A DNA stretch of 63,460 bases, filler included, from Octopus bimaculoides (GCF_001194135.2; 7 parts of 7 records of this genome joined end to end with filler, not necessarily neighbours in it), one strand, 5' to 3'. Positions 13,301 through 27,191 are shown, counted from the first letter of the whole stretch. Notes: generated by a model not told the origin, from the sequence alone. Numbers and translations: made by a program.

Positions 13301-13713
13301 TACAGCTGAAAAGATGGAAATTTACCCATTGGAGACTGCTGCTTTTAAATAAAGCATATTACTCTACCTCTGGTATCTGAGTACTCTTTTTTCCACCTTG
13401 TTGCACATTTCATGTGCTTACTCCGGTGTAACCCGCTCCTTTTTTGGAAAGTTTGAGCGACTCTACACAAGTAGGAAGATACAGCTGAAAAGATGGAAAT
13501 TTACCCATTGGAGTCTGCTGCTTTTAAATAAAGCATATTACTCTACCTCTGGTATATGAGTACTCTTTTTTCCACCTTGTTGCACATTTCATGTGCTTAC
13601 TCCAGTGTAACCCGTTCCTTTTTTGGAAAGTTTGGGCGACTCTACGCAAGTAGGAAGTTACAGCTGAAAAGATGGAAATTTTTCCCATTGGAGTCTGCTG
13701 CCTTTAAATAAAG
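13301..13713. repeat. 179-bp tandem repeat, ~2.3 copies
   Basis: tacagctgaaaagatggaaat recurs at 13301, 13480 and 13659. Confidence 0.95.
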
Positions 13714-13871
13714 TATATATGTATATATATATAAATATATATACATGTCTCCATCTGTCTACCTGTCTATCTATATATCTTTCTATCAATCAGTCTGTCT
13801 GTCTATCAATCTATCTGTTTGGCCATCCCTAGTATACACAGTACATGTATATGCATACACATACAAACACA

Positions 13872-13912
<41 letters not shown>

Positions 13913-14444
13913 TATTTTATTGTTTTATTTGTTTCAGTCACTTGACTGTGGCCATGCTGGAGCAAAGCCTTTAGTCGAACAAATAGATCCTGGGACTTCT
14001 TTGTAAACCTAGTACTTATTATGTCAGTCTTTTTTGCTGAACCACTAAGTTACGGGGATGTAAGCATCGGTTGTCAAAGCAATGGTGGGAAAAACATGCA
14101 CTCACACACATACACACACATAAATATGATGGGCTTCTTTCAGTTTCTGTCTACCAAATCCACTCACAAGGCTGTACCTTTTATGTGTCCATAGTTTACA
14201 TAGCTTATGTGTCCATAGCTATAACCATCCCACTCATAGCTTAAAAATAGAGAGGACAAACAAGGACAGGCAAAAGGATTAAGTCGATTACATCGACCAT
14301 AGTGCATAACTGGTACTTAATTTATTGACCCTGAAAGGATGAAAAGCAAATTCGACCTCGGCAGAATATGAACTCAGAACATAATGGCAGACGAAATGCC
14401 ACTAAGCATTTCGCCAGTTGTGCTACCGTTTCTGCCAAGTCACC

Positions 14445-14545
14445 ACTGGGGTGCTTACACTCTGTCGTGTGTGTACACTGACATTACACATCCAGCAGAT
14501 CATGCTAGCTTCATTTCTCTCCAGCACTTCTTCTCAAGCAACTTG
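14445..14545 (-). mobile_element. RTE-clade LINE fragment
   Basis: VLERNEASMICWMCNVSVHTRQSV resembles the RTE post-RT E..MLRWMC motif. Confidence 0.5.
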
Positions 14546-16829
14546 GTAAGAAAACTCACTTGGTTCTTTTGAATTTTACCACATCAACCATACGAATTCA
14601 GTCAGTGCTGCTTGGTCAAGGTATACTCACTTAAACATTAATACCTTTTATGGCAGCATTTGATTGTCATACGGAAACTTGAGGTCCTGTGCTGAGAAAA
14701 TCTGAGAGAGATAGTTCAAAACTCAGCAGAAGCTGTGTCACATGGTTATTTCCCATGATATACAAACACAACTAAATTCACAAACTGTCTGTACTATTTA
14801 TGCCAATGAAAAATACTACCAGTTTCATAAGACACTGTTGTTTTTTTTTCTTTTTTCCTTTTGTATCCAAGATAAGATATGAATGAGAATGGAGGATGGT
14901 CACGAATAGAATGCATTTGATTGTAAAGCTACTCAATCAACTCTGACTGGAAGCTAAACTGCAACAATGACAAGCACAAAACATATAAAAATAAGTGTCC
15001 TATTTTGCTTTAATTATGTTATTCTGTATTGGAATTAAATAAACCATTGTCTTCATCCTGATAATGTATTGTTAAGCATCTTCGTCTTCGTTATTATCAA
15101 AGACTGTCATAATCACATAATCTTTACATTTCATTGATTCAATATTTTTCTGCATTTTTGATGCATTGATATATTTTTTAAAAATTTATTTTGGTAGTTC
15201 TTGCATGGAATGGATAGAATAGATTTGGTTATTTTCTATCCATTTATTTGAATGCTTCAATTGAAAGAAAATATAAAGGATAACGGATAGATTTATCAGT
15301 TAAGTTTAGTGAGGCATGCAATATAACAACTAGCCTAGCCTTGTCTGTCAATATGATAACAATAGCTATGTTTAAACTAATAATTTATGAGTCATTACAC
15401 ATGCATTAGACTTTTTTTTTTTTTTACTGAAAAAGAGTTAAATAGGGAAAAAACATATTTAGAAAATAATTTATATTCTAAATCTAGTATGCATATATAC
15501 ATAATTCTTCTTTTTCTTCCATCCTCCTCCTCATCATCATCATCACTACCATTATCATTATTATTAATGTGGAGAGCTGACAGAATTGTTAGCACACCAA
15601 GAAAAATTGCCTTGTGGTATTTCATCCATCTTTACAATCTGCATTCAAATTTCACTGAGTTGGGTTGACTTCATCTTTTTGGGGCCGAGAAAATGCGTAC
15701 TAGTTACACATTGGGGGGGGGGGGCGATGTATACAACTTGCTCCCTCCAGCAAAATTGCTGGCCTTGTGCCAAATTTTGAATCATCATCATCATTAGCAT
15801 CATCATCATCATCCTTAACATTCTGAGTTCAAGTTCCATGAATGCTGACTTTGTCTTTCGTTCATTGAGGGTCAACCAATTGAGCAACAAGGACAGGGTT
15901 AACAACTGCCTGCCCCCACCACAATCACTGGCTTTGTACCAAAATTAGATACAGTTATCATCATCATCCTCATCGTCGTCATCATCATTTGTTGGAGTTT
16001 GTGTTGTATCTCTGAATTATATGAAGCTGGTGTTTAATAACAATTTAACAAAAACGAAATTTAGGAACAAGAAATTTTAAACAAACAAAAAAACTTGCCA
16101 TTTAATCTCCCATTCATTGTCACTAATTACTCCAGATTTAATTATACTCACGAATAATTAAAATTCTGATGTCTTCGGACAGCTTCTGTTTCATCCCTGG
16201 AAGTGTTGAGGATGAAAATCTGAACGATTCTAATGCAGAGCCACCTCTTTGAGAGTTTCTGCATGAAAGGTGGCATTCTTAAAATAATGTGAAATAGTAA
16301 TTTAAATGGAAGCATTTTCTCTATAGAGTTGGAGAACGTTTCAATGTCCTCCAAAAATAAGTGCCTTTGTCAATTCTTGTGAGATATAATTGAACCGATT
16401 CCAGTTATAGAATAGCCTTTGAGTCAGTCAGTTCTTGTTACAGAATAAAAGAATGATTCCTTCAGTAAATGTGGAATTCTGCCAAGAAAAGAATGGCTTC
16501 TAAAAGGTTGTTCTAAGTTAATAGGAAAGCCTGTACATGGTTACTAGAAATAGCAGCTAAATATCCCTCAGTTTAAACTCTAATATCACAAAAAAGTTGA
16601 CAACCACAGGATACTGTAATACTTGATACACATCATCTGAAAAAATAAAAACTATTGGAATGGTCATGGTTGGAACACATTCTATCATAGACCTGTTCTA
16701 TCAGGTCTGACCTAGGCCTAAACAACGTTTTTATAGCTGGAACCCTTCTAATCAAAAATCTGTTCTATTAGGTGTGAGTGAGAACTAAACAACATAAATA
16801 TATTCATCCAGTCTATGAGTGAGATGAGA

Positions 16830-17335
16830 TTCACTGCAGCTTCACTCCAATTTTACTTGTTTCACTGTGGTTCCATACCAGTTTTACACCAGTTCCGCTC
16901 CAGTTTCACTCGAGTTCCATCGCAGTTTCAATCCAGTTACACTCGAGTTTCACTCCAATCTTACACCAGTTTCACTCTAGTTCCATACCAGTTTCATTCC
17001 AGTTACACTCCAATTTTAATCCTGTTTCACTCCAATCTTACATCAGTATCACTCTAGTTTCACTCTAGTTCCATACCAGTTTCACTCCAGTTTTACTCCA
17101 GTTCCACTCCAGTTTTACTCCAGTTTTGCTCCAGTTTCATTCCAATTTTACTTCAGCTTCATTTGAGTTACATACCATTTTCATTCCAGTTACACTTGAG
17201 CTTCACTTCAATTTCACTCCAATTTCAATCCAGTTTCACTCCAATCTTACATCAGTCCACTCCAGTTCACTCCAGTCCACTCCAGTTCACTTCAGTTTCA
17301 CTCCAGTTTCACTCCAGTTTCACTCCAGTTTCCCA
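16830..17335. repeat. Degenerate ~10-11-bp minisatellite (core CACTCCAGTTT)
   Basis: Dozens of variants of ttcactccagtt. Confidence 0.85.
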
Positions 17336-20255
17336 TCTGATACATAATTCACAATATTCAGCTGTTAAACCTATTGTCTTGGAAACCTGTGAACTCTTAA
17401 AATTTTATAAAAAGCAAAAAGTTGGAAAATATTCCAAAACAACAAACAAACAAAAGAAAATATAACTTTATTTGTTGACTCATTATTAACTTTTAACTGG
17501 ATGCTACTAACGAGTTTTTTGTTTCACTAATTTCAAACAGGTGATGGTTAATATCCATGATTGGAAGAATTTAATTGCATCACATGAATCATGAAATGTC
17601 TTCACAAATAACCAATGTCATTTGACAGAATAATTAGCTCTAATGTTAATGAAGTTTGGTATTTCGTAGTCTGCTAGTTTATGGCATCAAATCAAAATAA
17701 ATATACAACATTAAAACTCATAAAGAGAAACCAATTTCAAGAAGTTGTGATGTTTCTTTTTTTTATTTGAATCAAAAACAACAGCTGTAAGATTGAGGCA
17801 ACTTCTTACTCCGATCCATATATGACCTCCTGCTTTTAAATACAAACTTGATGAAGAGAGTAAATGGTGTTGGGTGTCTTTGTGTCCTTGTAGAATGCTG
17901 TGCAAAGCTTGTCCACAGTAACTGGCTACTTGATGCTTGTGTGACTGGATGTACATCAGGGATTTCATTGTATCTGTAGAGTTTATGTAAATAGACGAAT
18001 GATAGAAAATCAAATGAATGACATTCTTTATTTAAAATCACTACAATTGTTTCGATACACTTTTACTCCTGCAGCACACTGCTGGGGTGTTGTGTAATCA
18101 TTAGCATTCATTCAAGGTGTAATGTTGTTCATTCCATTTTCTATCATATTTTCTATCTATCTATCTATCCATGCATACATACATACATGCGTACACACAC
18201 ACACATGTATATATATATATACTATACTATAGTTTACATCTGATAAATTTGATCTGCCAGGCATTGATCAGTCCAAGACTAATATAGAAATAAATTGTTA
18301 CTGAGCGTGTTGCACAGTGGTATTGAACACAGAACCTCACGCTTATGAAACAACGATCTTCTTAACTTAAGAGCCAAGTCTGTTCACATAAGTAAAACAG
18401 CTGAAATAGTTTACCTCCACAACAGACAATCAGTTTGTATAAAAAGATTGATGAGGACAACAAAGAGAATATTTCATTAGTACTTGTACTTTTGATCCAG
18501 GTTAGCCTTCATTGAAGTAAACTAAGACTAAAGGCTTTGGAAATATGACTGCCCAACCATGATATTCTTTTGTACTTTAGACACAAGGCCGGAAATTTGG
18601 GGGGAGGGGGCCAGTCGATTAGATCGACTTGAGTACACAACTGGTATTTAATTCATTGACCCCGAAATAATGAAGAGCAAAGTCAACCTCGACAGAATTT
18701 GAACTCAGAACGTAAAGTCAGGCGAAATACTGCTAAGCGTTTTGCACAGCATGCTAACAATTCTGCCAGCTCGCCACTATTGGCCAGACATGATATTGTT
18801 CAAAGAATAGTTTAACTATGACTTCATTGTTTAATATGTCACTCTCGTTTGTGAGATGGTAGGGTAAGTAATTTCAAAGAATTTTAGCTTCTGTTTTTAG
18901 CAAATCAATTATTTGTTCAACATTAGAGGAATAAGTGTAAAGATCATCATTTTAGCGCAAATAGTTTCTTTGAGTTGCACAACTTTTCAGTAAATTGTGT
19001 GTCAAATATATTGCAAACCATTGTAAAGGCAACATTCCAGAGAGCAGACCAATTGTCTGTGAATGGTTTAACCTGAGATTTATGAAAAATAAGAAGGATA
19101 CTTTCATTGGAAATAAAATAGAATTTTGAACTGGCAAAGGAGACCCAGTAATAGCAATTGTAATGTTGATAATGTCTCCATGTCAGGTGAGGTACTTAAA
19201 GGCAATACGCCAACATTAGTTAAGTGGGGAAAAAACCAGTGTAATGTTGTGTTATATCAGTTTTCATTTTAAGAAATATTTTTGCCAACAACTTCAAACA
19301 TCTACTTTGTAAGAGAAAGAAATTACATAAGATTATTTCTATAAGAGTATTTCTTAGAGAGGTGGGGAAAACAGTTGCAAATATTTATGATGAATCGTTC
19401 TCAGTTTGACAATAAAAATACTTTAAGCATTAAAGAGCCCATTGCTCGGAATGTTTACAATTATTTCAGAATTTTGGTTGCATTCCAAAGATATTCTTGA
19501 AAGATATCTACATTTTATGATAAATAGAAATCAATAATTCAAAAATCTTTCTTGAAGATGTAAGTCAACAATAGCTTGAGGGCAGAAATTGTGGAGTTTG
19601 TTGTTTATTTCCATTTTCACCACTTGTTATCCAAGTGAGATTTGCAAAAACAAAATGAATAAATATAAAAAATAAATAAATCCTGTGTTTCCTCTGTCTA
19701 ATAGAAGATAACTCACACACCCACACACATACACACATGCTCTCATACATAGAAAAATATGTGTAATTGCATACATAAAAAAAAACATCTAGATATACAA
19801 ATATACAAATATACATATTCATATCATAAGTATATATAAAATATATATATACACACACATATATATATACATATATATATACACACACGCATATATATTA
19901 TGCATAATTCATACATATATACATGGGAAAATACATTCCTACATGGTTATTTTGTACAGATACATATATTTCATCGACACAAGACAGTAGATTAAAAATG
20001 TATACAACCAGATGGTACCAATAATTACAGACTCTAGGAAAAAATAAAAATTTGCACTCAACTTCAAAAACAATTCCAGAGAATAGCGATTTCTATGAAA
20101 TGAGAGTAAACTGATTTTATCATTACATGTTAAGGAGAAGTGTATGTGTTTGGTAAAACTTAGAAAGAAAAACACTTGTTTCTGTTAAAAACATTTCAAG
20201 TAGATGTCTTAGACCCACTGTCCCATATACATTTAATAATCTCTATAATTGTAGG

Positions 20256-20297
<42 letters not shown>

Positions 20298-20409
20298 NNN
20301 NNNNNNNNNNNNNNNNNNNNNNNNNNNNNNNNNNNNNNNNNTTAATTAATTAANNNNNNNNNNNNNNNNNNNNNNNNNNNNNNNNNNNNNNNNNNNNTGA
20401 ATGGTGAAG

Positions 20410-20418
20410 TTATTATTA

Positions 20419-20492
<74 letters not shown>

Positions 20493-20568
20493 GTTGTTGT
20501 TGTTGTTGTTGTTGTTATTATTATTATTATTGTTGTTGTTGTTGTTATTATTATTATTATTATTATTA

Positions 20569-20611
<43 letters not shown>

Positions 20612-20640
20612 CATTATTATCCTCCTCCTCCTCATCATCA

Positions 20641-20677
<37 letters not shown>

Positions 20678-20760
20678 CATCATTATTATTATTATTAATG
20701 TTATTATCGTTGTCGTCGTCAACATTATTATCATCATCGTCATCATCATCATCCTTATTT
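20410..20760. repeat. Long (TTA)n/(TTG)n/(TCA)n microsatellite at the 3' end of the R4-clade LINE
   Basis: Seen directly. Confidence 0.95.
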
Positions 20761-20764
20761 ATTA

Positions 20765-23700
20765 TCTTTGAACAGCTTGTAACGCTGGAGATGTACGACG
20801 GCGTTAGCTCTTCACTGCCAGTGAACTAAGGTAACACATTATTTTTCGAGCAACATCCGGAGTATTCTAGCGGTTCCAGTCACTGCAGCTCTATGCAAGT
20901 TATCCACCCTTATATCAGCCACTATTTGGTCCATATATATTTTTAAGATTTTTCCTCACTGTTCCCAGGAACCCGACAATTATTGGTGTTACTACCATCT
21001 CTTTATTGACAACAACTGCTTAAACTCCCAAGCTAAACTTTCATATCTATTGACTTCTCTTTCTTCCTTATCGCATACCTTATTATCAGCTGAGCTTGCT
21101 ATATCTTTGGTGCTGTGCCGTTTGCTTTCTGTTTCAATTAACACTATGTCTGGTTTCCTATTCACTATCTCATGGTTCCAATGAATCATAGCATCCCGTA
21201 GCATGTGTGTGCATTATCATTTTCGATGATAACTTCGAGTTTCTGTTCGTACCACTCTTTTGTTCTGTCGAATCCATACATATTGCAAAGTATTCAGTGG
21301 ACAATGTCTGCTAAATTGTCCTGACGTCTCTTAAGTTCTTTCTGGGTTAGTGGCGTACATTGACTGATAATGTACCATGCGGATTCCACATTTTGTCCGC
21401 AAATTCTACACTTATCACTTTCTGATGAGCTGTCTATTCCGTATTTGATGTAATTAGTTTTAATGCTTGCCCTTCGGCAGCGCATATTAGGGAGTCCGTT
21501 TCAGGTTTAAAACACGCTAAATCATCAATTGACATCTCTTTCCCTCTGTCTGTCTTATCTCCAACATCCTTATGAAATGATCCATGCACCCTTTTCTTTA
21601 TCAACCTATTTTCAGTTTTATTTTATTCTCAGGTCCATGTATATGCTTTACTTTTGTAATCTTCCATCCTACACCAGCCTGACCTACTTCGTTCCAATAA
21701 TACTGTTTCTGTGGCAAACGTTGCATGCCATGGTACGTTGTTTTCTTCTGCTCTAATGCTGTGTTCGCATCCAATCAGTCCTCTTCCCACTATTTTTTCT
21801 TGGAGAATGCACGCTGTCTATGTCACTTCGTGGGTGAAGTATCCCATTTCTAGTCTGAAAATTCCTTGTCTTTCTGTCTACGCTCTTTTAGTACGTCTAC
21901 TGGCATTTCTTTCACCCTCAATTTATCCATTTCTAATACCACCAAGTACTTATAGCCATTCTCATCTACCTGTTTCATAAACTCCCCAGAAGGCATCGGT
22001 AGCCCGTCATACATTAGATGTTGCCTCTCTTGAAGACTAACACGCCACACTTTTTCAGTCCCAACTCCATTCTGTTGTCAGCACTAAAACTATACACCGT
22101 ACCAACGAGGGGGCTGATTTGAGATTAATATTTGCCATAGAGTTTGAGGTCATCCATGAATAAGAAGTGGTTGGGTTGTTGTTGGTGGATCTTGAATACA
22201 GACCCAGCTTTTGCTTTCCTCAGAATCAGTGTTACTGGCATCTTGCACACTACAAAGAGACGCGGGGACTGATAGTCCACTTAAAAGATGCCTCTCCTGA
22301 TCTCTATTGTTCCTGAACATCTTCCATATGCTGCCAGTTCCATCCTCCACTTCTCCATACATTTTACAAGTAATCGCCAACATTGCATGAATCAAATAGT
22401 ATGAACATTGTATTAACAATGTATGAACCAAACAGGTTCATATATTACATAAACCAAGAATGTGGCATCATATCGTTAGCCTTACGATAATCGACCTATG
22501 ACATCGCTAAGTTTGTTTTCCGCTCTTTGAAGTCTCTTAACACAGTTTTGTCTCCCAGGATTTGATTCTTGTTACCTGTGTACTTACGCTAGCAACCCTT
22601 CTGCTCACGTGGCAAGCTCCATTACTTCCTAGGCGACCACATAAGTGGCAATCAGGATATCAGCCTGTAATTGTCTAGCATATTGCCTTTTCCGATGCTC
22701 ATCAAACACAGCACTGTCCTACTTGCATGGGGTCGGCATTTCACAAATTATCGAGCTGTGCAGCTATTCGTGCATGATATTCACCAAATCTTTTGATCTA
22801 GTAGCCTTGAACTCATATAATACTAGGGCCTTTCAATTGCCCATTTCTTTGCTGATTTCATTCACTTCTCCAATTGAAACGAATAGTTCGGCCTGTTTTG
22901 GACATACTTCTGTTCGTTTAAGTTCTTGCAACCATTCAGCATCTGTCTTGTACTCCTTCTCTTTTCCCCACATGTCACTGCAAAACCTTTCATTTCCAAT
23001 GTTTTCTGGTATCAACATTTTATGTGTACACTCTCGATTTATTTCTTTGTAGAATACCTTTTGAACAATTCTGAATAGCTTATTCTGCTGGTATCCCTTC
23101 ATTATTTGGTCGTATCTTACCATGTTTTCTTTCTTTGGAACAAGGCGATGTTTCACTTCCTCTATTACAACTTGCAGGCACTCTCTTTCAATATCATACA
23201 TCATGTTCAGTGCCCTGTATTTTAGTTCGCTTTTAAGGTCTCTCTTCTTTGTTCTGTCTAACACAGAAATGTTCTTCGAGAGTATATCTAGCCCCGCCTG
23301 CATTTTTTTTTTTCCAAGATGGATCTTTTCTTTTGTCACTCGCACCATATTTCATTTTCTCGACATCAACACCCATATTTTCTGCTACAAAAACACTTGC
23401 TGCCTTGATCAAATACTTAGTTTCTGTGATGTTTTTTGTTCAGCTGTATTTCAGAATTTCATTGATATTTTTCGTTTCCTAGATCAATTTCCACCGATCA
23501 ACCTTTTTAAGTTTGCAAATAGTGTCGCTATCGTTCTCCTGTAGTCTTGCCTTTATTCTCTCGTTGATTGCTTTTCCCATCTGTTATGTCACCATAAGTG
23601 TTATTGTCTTCTTACAAACCATCTATATGTCTCTCATCCAGTAAACTATCACTGTTCCTTTTCTCTGGTTTATTAGAGATTTCACCTCAGTTTTCTGTTA

Positions 23701-24420
23701 TGAGATTACTTTTAGCAGTATGGACTGTATTTTCATCGTTTCCTCTACTGCTGTTTTCCAATACCCGTCTTTTGATAGCTTCGAGGTCTACTTCTGTGAA
23801 GCAACGATATTTTTATTGCTCTGGCTTCATCACACAGTCGCTGTTCTGTGAGTTGAAACAATCCTCATAGTATATTATTGATATTATTTACATTTTATGG
23901 ATATTTCTCCTCATCTTGTTTGTTGTTAACACATCGTTTCGGCTGATATACCCTTCACGTTTCATTTCGTACCTGGGTTCTCAGTCCTAAGGTATTTTCG
24001 GCGTTGTTGTTGTTGTTGTTGTTATTATTATTATTATTGTTATTATTATTATTATTCAGTTCACTGCCAGGAATCGAACTCGGAGTCTTAGTGTTAGTAG
24101 CCCGTGCACTTAACCACTACACCATATGAGGACAAAAAAACTGTCTGAATCATCATTCTCTCCATTGATCATACATAAATTGTCGGTATCCTCTAAGGTT
24201 AACACCATTTTCCTGTACGGGTTTGCTCAAACAGTAATATTCTCGACAGTATTGACTGCTTTGTTCCATCTATGCCGTGTGTGCTGGTCCGTTGTTGGAT
24301 AACAACATGCTGGAGTCGGACCATTACATATAAGCTTGCCGGGTGCAAAACTATCAATGTAGGTTCACGACCACCGTGATTCACAATATTATTTTTCATT
24401 GTCACTCATATGAGGTAGCG
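20765..24420 (-). mobile_element. Near full-length decayed R4/Dong-clade non-LTR retrotransposon (RT, CCHC, restriction-like endonuclease)
   Basis: N-terminal RHRWNKAVNTV..YYCLSKP..RGYRQ; RT motifs IRRGIF*VD..SP.LF and HFLFMDDLKLYGK (22149-22160); CRICG..WYIISQC knuckle; RKPDIVLIE..DIA endonuclease; C-terminus LHRAAVTGTARILRMLLEK* (stop 20839-20841). Many stops and frameshifts, plus a SINE insertion at ~23880-24128. Confidence 0.9.
23880..24128 (-). mobile_element. Short tRNA-derived SINE with internal (TAA/CAA)n and a 3' tail
   Basis: Head CATATGGTGTAGTGGTTAAG (A box) ... GAGTTCGATTCC (B box) at 24056-24128, then (TAA)n(CAA)n, then a ~120-nt tail. Confidence 0.7.
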
Positions 24421-25670
24421 ATTATCTGGTTGCGCAATTACAAGTATTTTATTGTGACGCCATCACTACATGTCTCCTCAATGAGAGCATAGGGAGATTC
24501 CAACCGCTTCCAATTCTTCTTATTATTATCATCACTTACATTATTTTCATTTTTATTTGTTTTCACTGTTTGTCATTGTTAATAGTTACCCTTATCCGAC
24601 ATTAGATTTGGCTTATGATCATTATTATCATATCCGTTATTATTAAACTTTGTTTAGTTTCAACGGTTGGTTTGTACATGAGATAATCATAAATATGACC
24701 GGGTTTAAGGGAATAGTAGCAGGAAGAGAAGCAGGTTGGTGAACAGACTAAATTTCACAGGTCTGTAAATAGATTCGGCAGGTAGTGAGGTTATCAGTAA
24801 TGGGTAATCCTGTGTGATAAGGAGACAAAAGTGGCCTCATACCCTCGGGGTCAGCAGAAGTTATATGTGTTTAATTCTAATAGCGATGAATGTGAACGCT
24901 GATTTTGGCCTTGAAGAGCACCAATATTCACCTCGTTAAATTTTTGAATTTCTGAATTTCTATTTACTTTGAAATTTTTCTTTTCTTTTTATAAGTTTTA
25001 CTGTGGTTTACAATTTTTGTAATTGTGCAGTTTGTATATATTGGCAGTTGCTAACTGCTTATTTTTATTATTGTGCATTGAATTGTGTTGTGGCAATAAT
25101 AGTCATGTTTACATATTCTGGTAGACCGAGAAAAAAGAAAGATAAAATTTTCACATACAATTACCGAAGTTTTTGAATTTTGTAGAGATGTTCGTTTGTA
25201 CGTTCGATCAGAGAAGACTGTAGTGTTTTTGCAATACAAAGTATACTTACATTTTCGAATACTCAGGGAGAAAGCAAAGTAAAGAAATGGAGGGTAACAT
25301 TGTCACAGAAAATTGTAGATACTAACATTTTAAACTGGATAAATATGATCTTAAGTTTGTCCGAACAGAGAAAACACTTGTGTCCTTCGAATAAAAACGA
25401 TGTTAACATTTTACAATGCACAGGGAGAAAGCAAAGGATAGGTATTCACAGAAGTTGCAGATATTAATTTTTTTAAAGTTGATCGTTTGTTTTCGAAAAC
25501 GCTAGATTTGTAAGTAACTTAACTTATTTTAAAATACTCATAGGGAAGTGTAGCTCTTCCAATCTTTGAGAGTTATTTTAAGTTGTCCTGCTCGGTTGTA
25601 TTAGTGTTTCTATGTCTTCGGCTGCTGACAGGTCAGTGAAGCGAAGAACACGTACGGCTGCCCTCAACTT

Positions 25671-25951
25671 TATTATTATTATTATTATTATTATTTTATG
25701 TTTGACTTTTGTTTTGCATTTGTACAAGTTGGATCCAAGTCTCACCCAGAGACCTCAAGAGACAACAAGTTAGAAGTTCATGTAGGTGTTATGCCTAGGG
25801 TACCATATATTTGGATTTGTACAGTTTTGTTCAAGTGAATGTTTAAGAAACCATAAGAAAATTATGTTTGCTTTAAAATTTGAGATCACATAGACAGTAT
25901 TTTACGTAGGATATGGGCAGTTCCCATGAGCACTATCTTTTGGACTTCAGC
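25671..25951 (-). mobile_element. R4-clade LINE 3' end with (TAA)n tail
   Basis: KIVLMGTAHILRKILSM*, then a 3' UTR and a TAA repeat. Confidence 0.75.
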
Positions 25952-26051
25952 NNNNNNNNNNNNNNNNNNNNNNNNNNNNNNNNNNNNNNNNNNNNTTAAT
26001 TAATTAANNNNNNNNNNNNNNNNNNNNNNNNNNNNNNNNNNNNNNNNNNNN

Positions 26052-26888
26052 CACAATTACAGCCCCCAGTGAGGAAGTACTCTCGATACAAGGGCAAACA
26101 AAAAAGAAAAAGAAAAAATAATTCCCGAAAAATTAATTTGGTATATTATTAATTCTGTTGGTATCTGCTATGACTATTTAAAAAAAACGATAATAACAGA
26201 ATCAATAAAAGCATTAAATAGCTGAAAGATTAAAATTAATCAAAGGGCATACTGAGTATGTCTATCTGCTGGAAATAACAGTCAACACTCTTCTTTAAAT
26301 CGCCAAAAATACATTGATGATAACTACAGAAATCAACCAAAAGTAGATCATGTTAATAAAATTTTTTCGGGAATTATTTTCTCTCGTGAATTTGTTTGCC
26401 CTTGTATCGAGAGCATTTCCTCACTGGTGGCTGTAATTGATTTCGGCACAAAACGAATCAGTTGCTGCGCAGACTTCAATACGATAGGTTGGGAGTCTCT
26501 ATCATGGTAACGCGTGCTGAAGAAGCTTAGACGATTTTTTTCGCCAGTGCAGAAACCGATCGAAGTGAGCCCAAATACTTAAATGTACGTTAGGAGATTT
26601 TATTAACCTGATCTGCTTTTGGTTGATTTCTGTAGTTATCATCAGTGTGTTTTTGGCGATTTAAATAAGAGTTTTGACTGTTATTTCCAGCAAGTAACAT
26701 AGTATGTTCTTTGATTAATCTTAATCCTTCTGCTATTTAGTGCATTTCTTGGGCCTGCAATAACCTATATTATTGATTCTGTTATTATTATTTTTTTTAA
26801 ATAGTCATACCAGATGATAACAGAATTAATAATATCTTAGCAAATTAATTTTTTGGGAATTATTTTTTCTCGTGAATTTGTTTGCCTT
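26052..26888. repeat. Nested inverted-repeat (foldback/MITE-like) structure
   Basis: 26052-26130 is inverted at 26361-26439; 26090-26361 is inverted at 26598-26888. Confidence 0.8.
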
Positions 26889-27191
26889 NNNNNNNNNNNN
26901 NNNNNNNNNNNNNNNNNNNNNNNNNNNNNNNNNNNNNNNNNNNNNNNNNNNNNNNNNNNNNNNNNNNNNNNNNNNNNNNNNNNNNNNNNNNNNNNNNNNN
27001 NNNNNNNNNNNNNNNNNNNNNNNNNNNNNNNNNNNNNNNNNNNNNNNNNNNNNNNNNNNNNNNNNNNNNNNNNNNNNNNNNNNNNNNNNNNNNNNNNNNN
27101 NNNNNNNNNNNNNNNNNNNNNNNNNNNNNNNNNNNNNNNNNNNNNNNNNNNNNNNNNNNNNNNNNNNNNNNNNNNNNNNNNNNNNNNNNNN

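Noticed and set aside
17521-17990. Candidate exons (acceptor near 17540 on +; 17812-17971 on -)
   Set aside because: Splice-like motifs are present, but the peptides are unrecognisable and no partner exons were found.
24056-24128. Functional tRNA gene
   Set aside because: A and B boxes are present, but no acceptor stem could be formed and it runs directly into a (TAA)n tract, so it is a SINE head.
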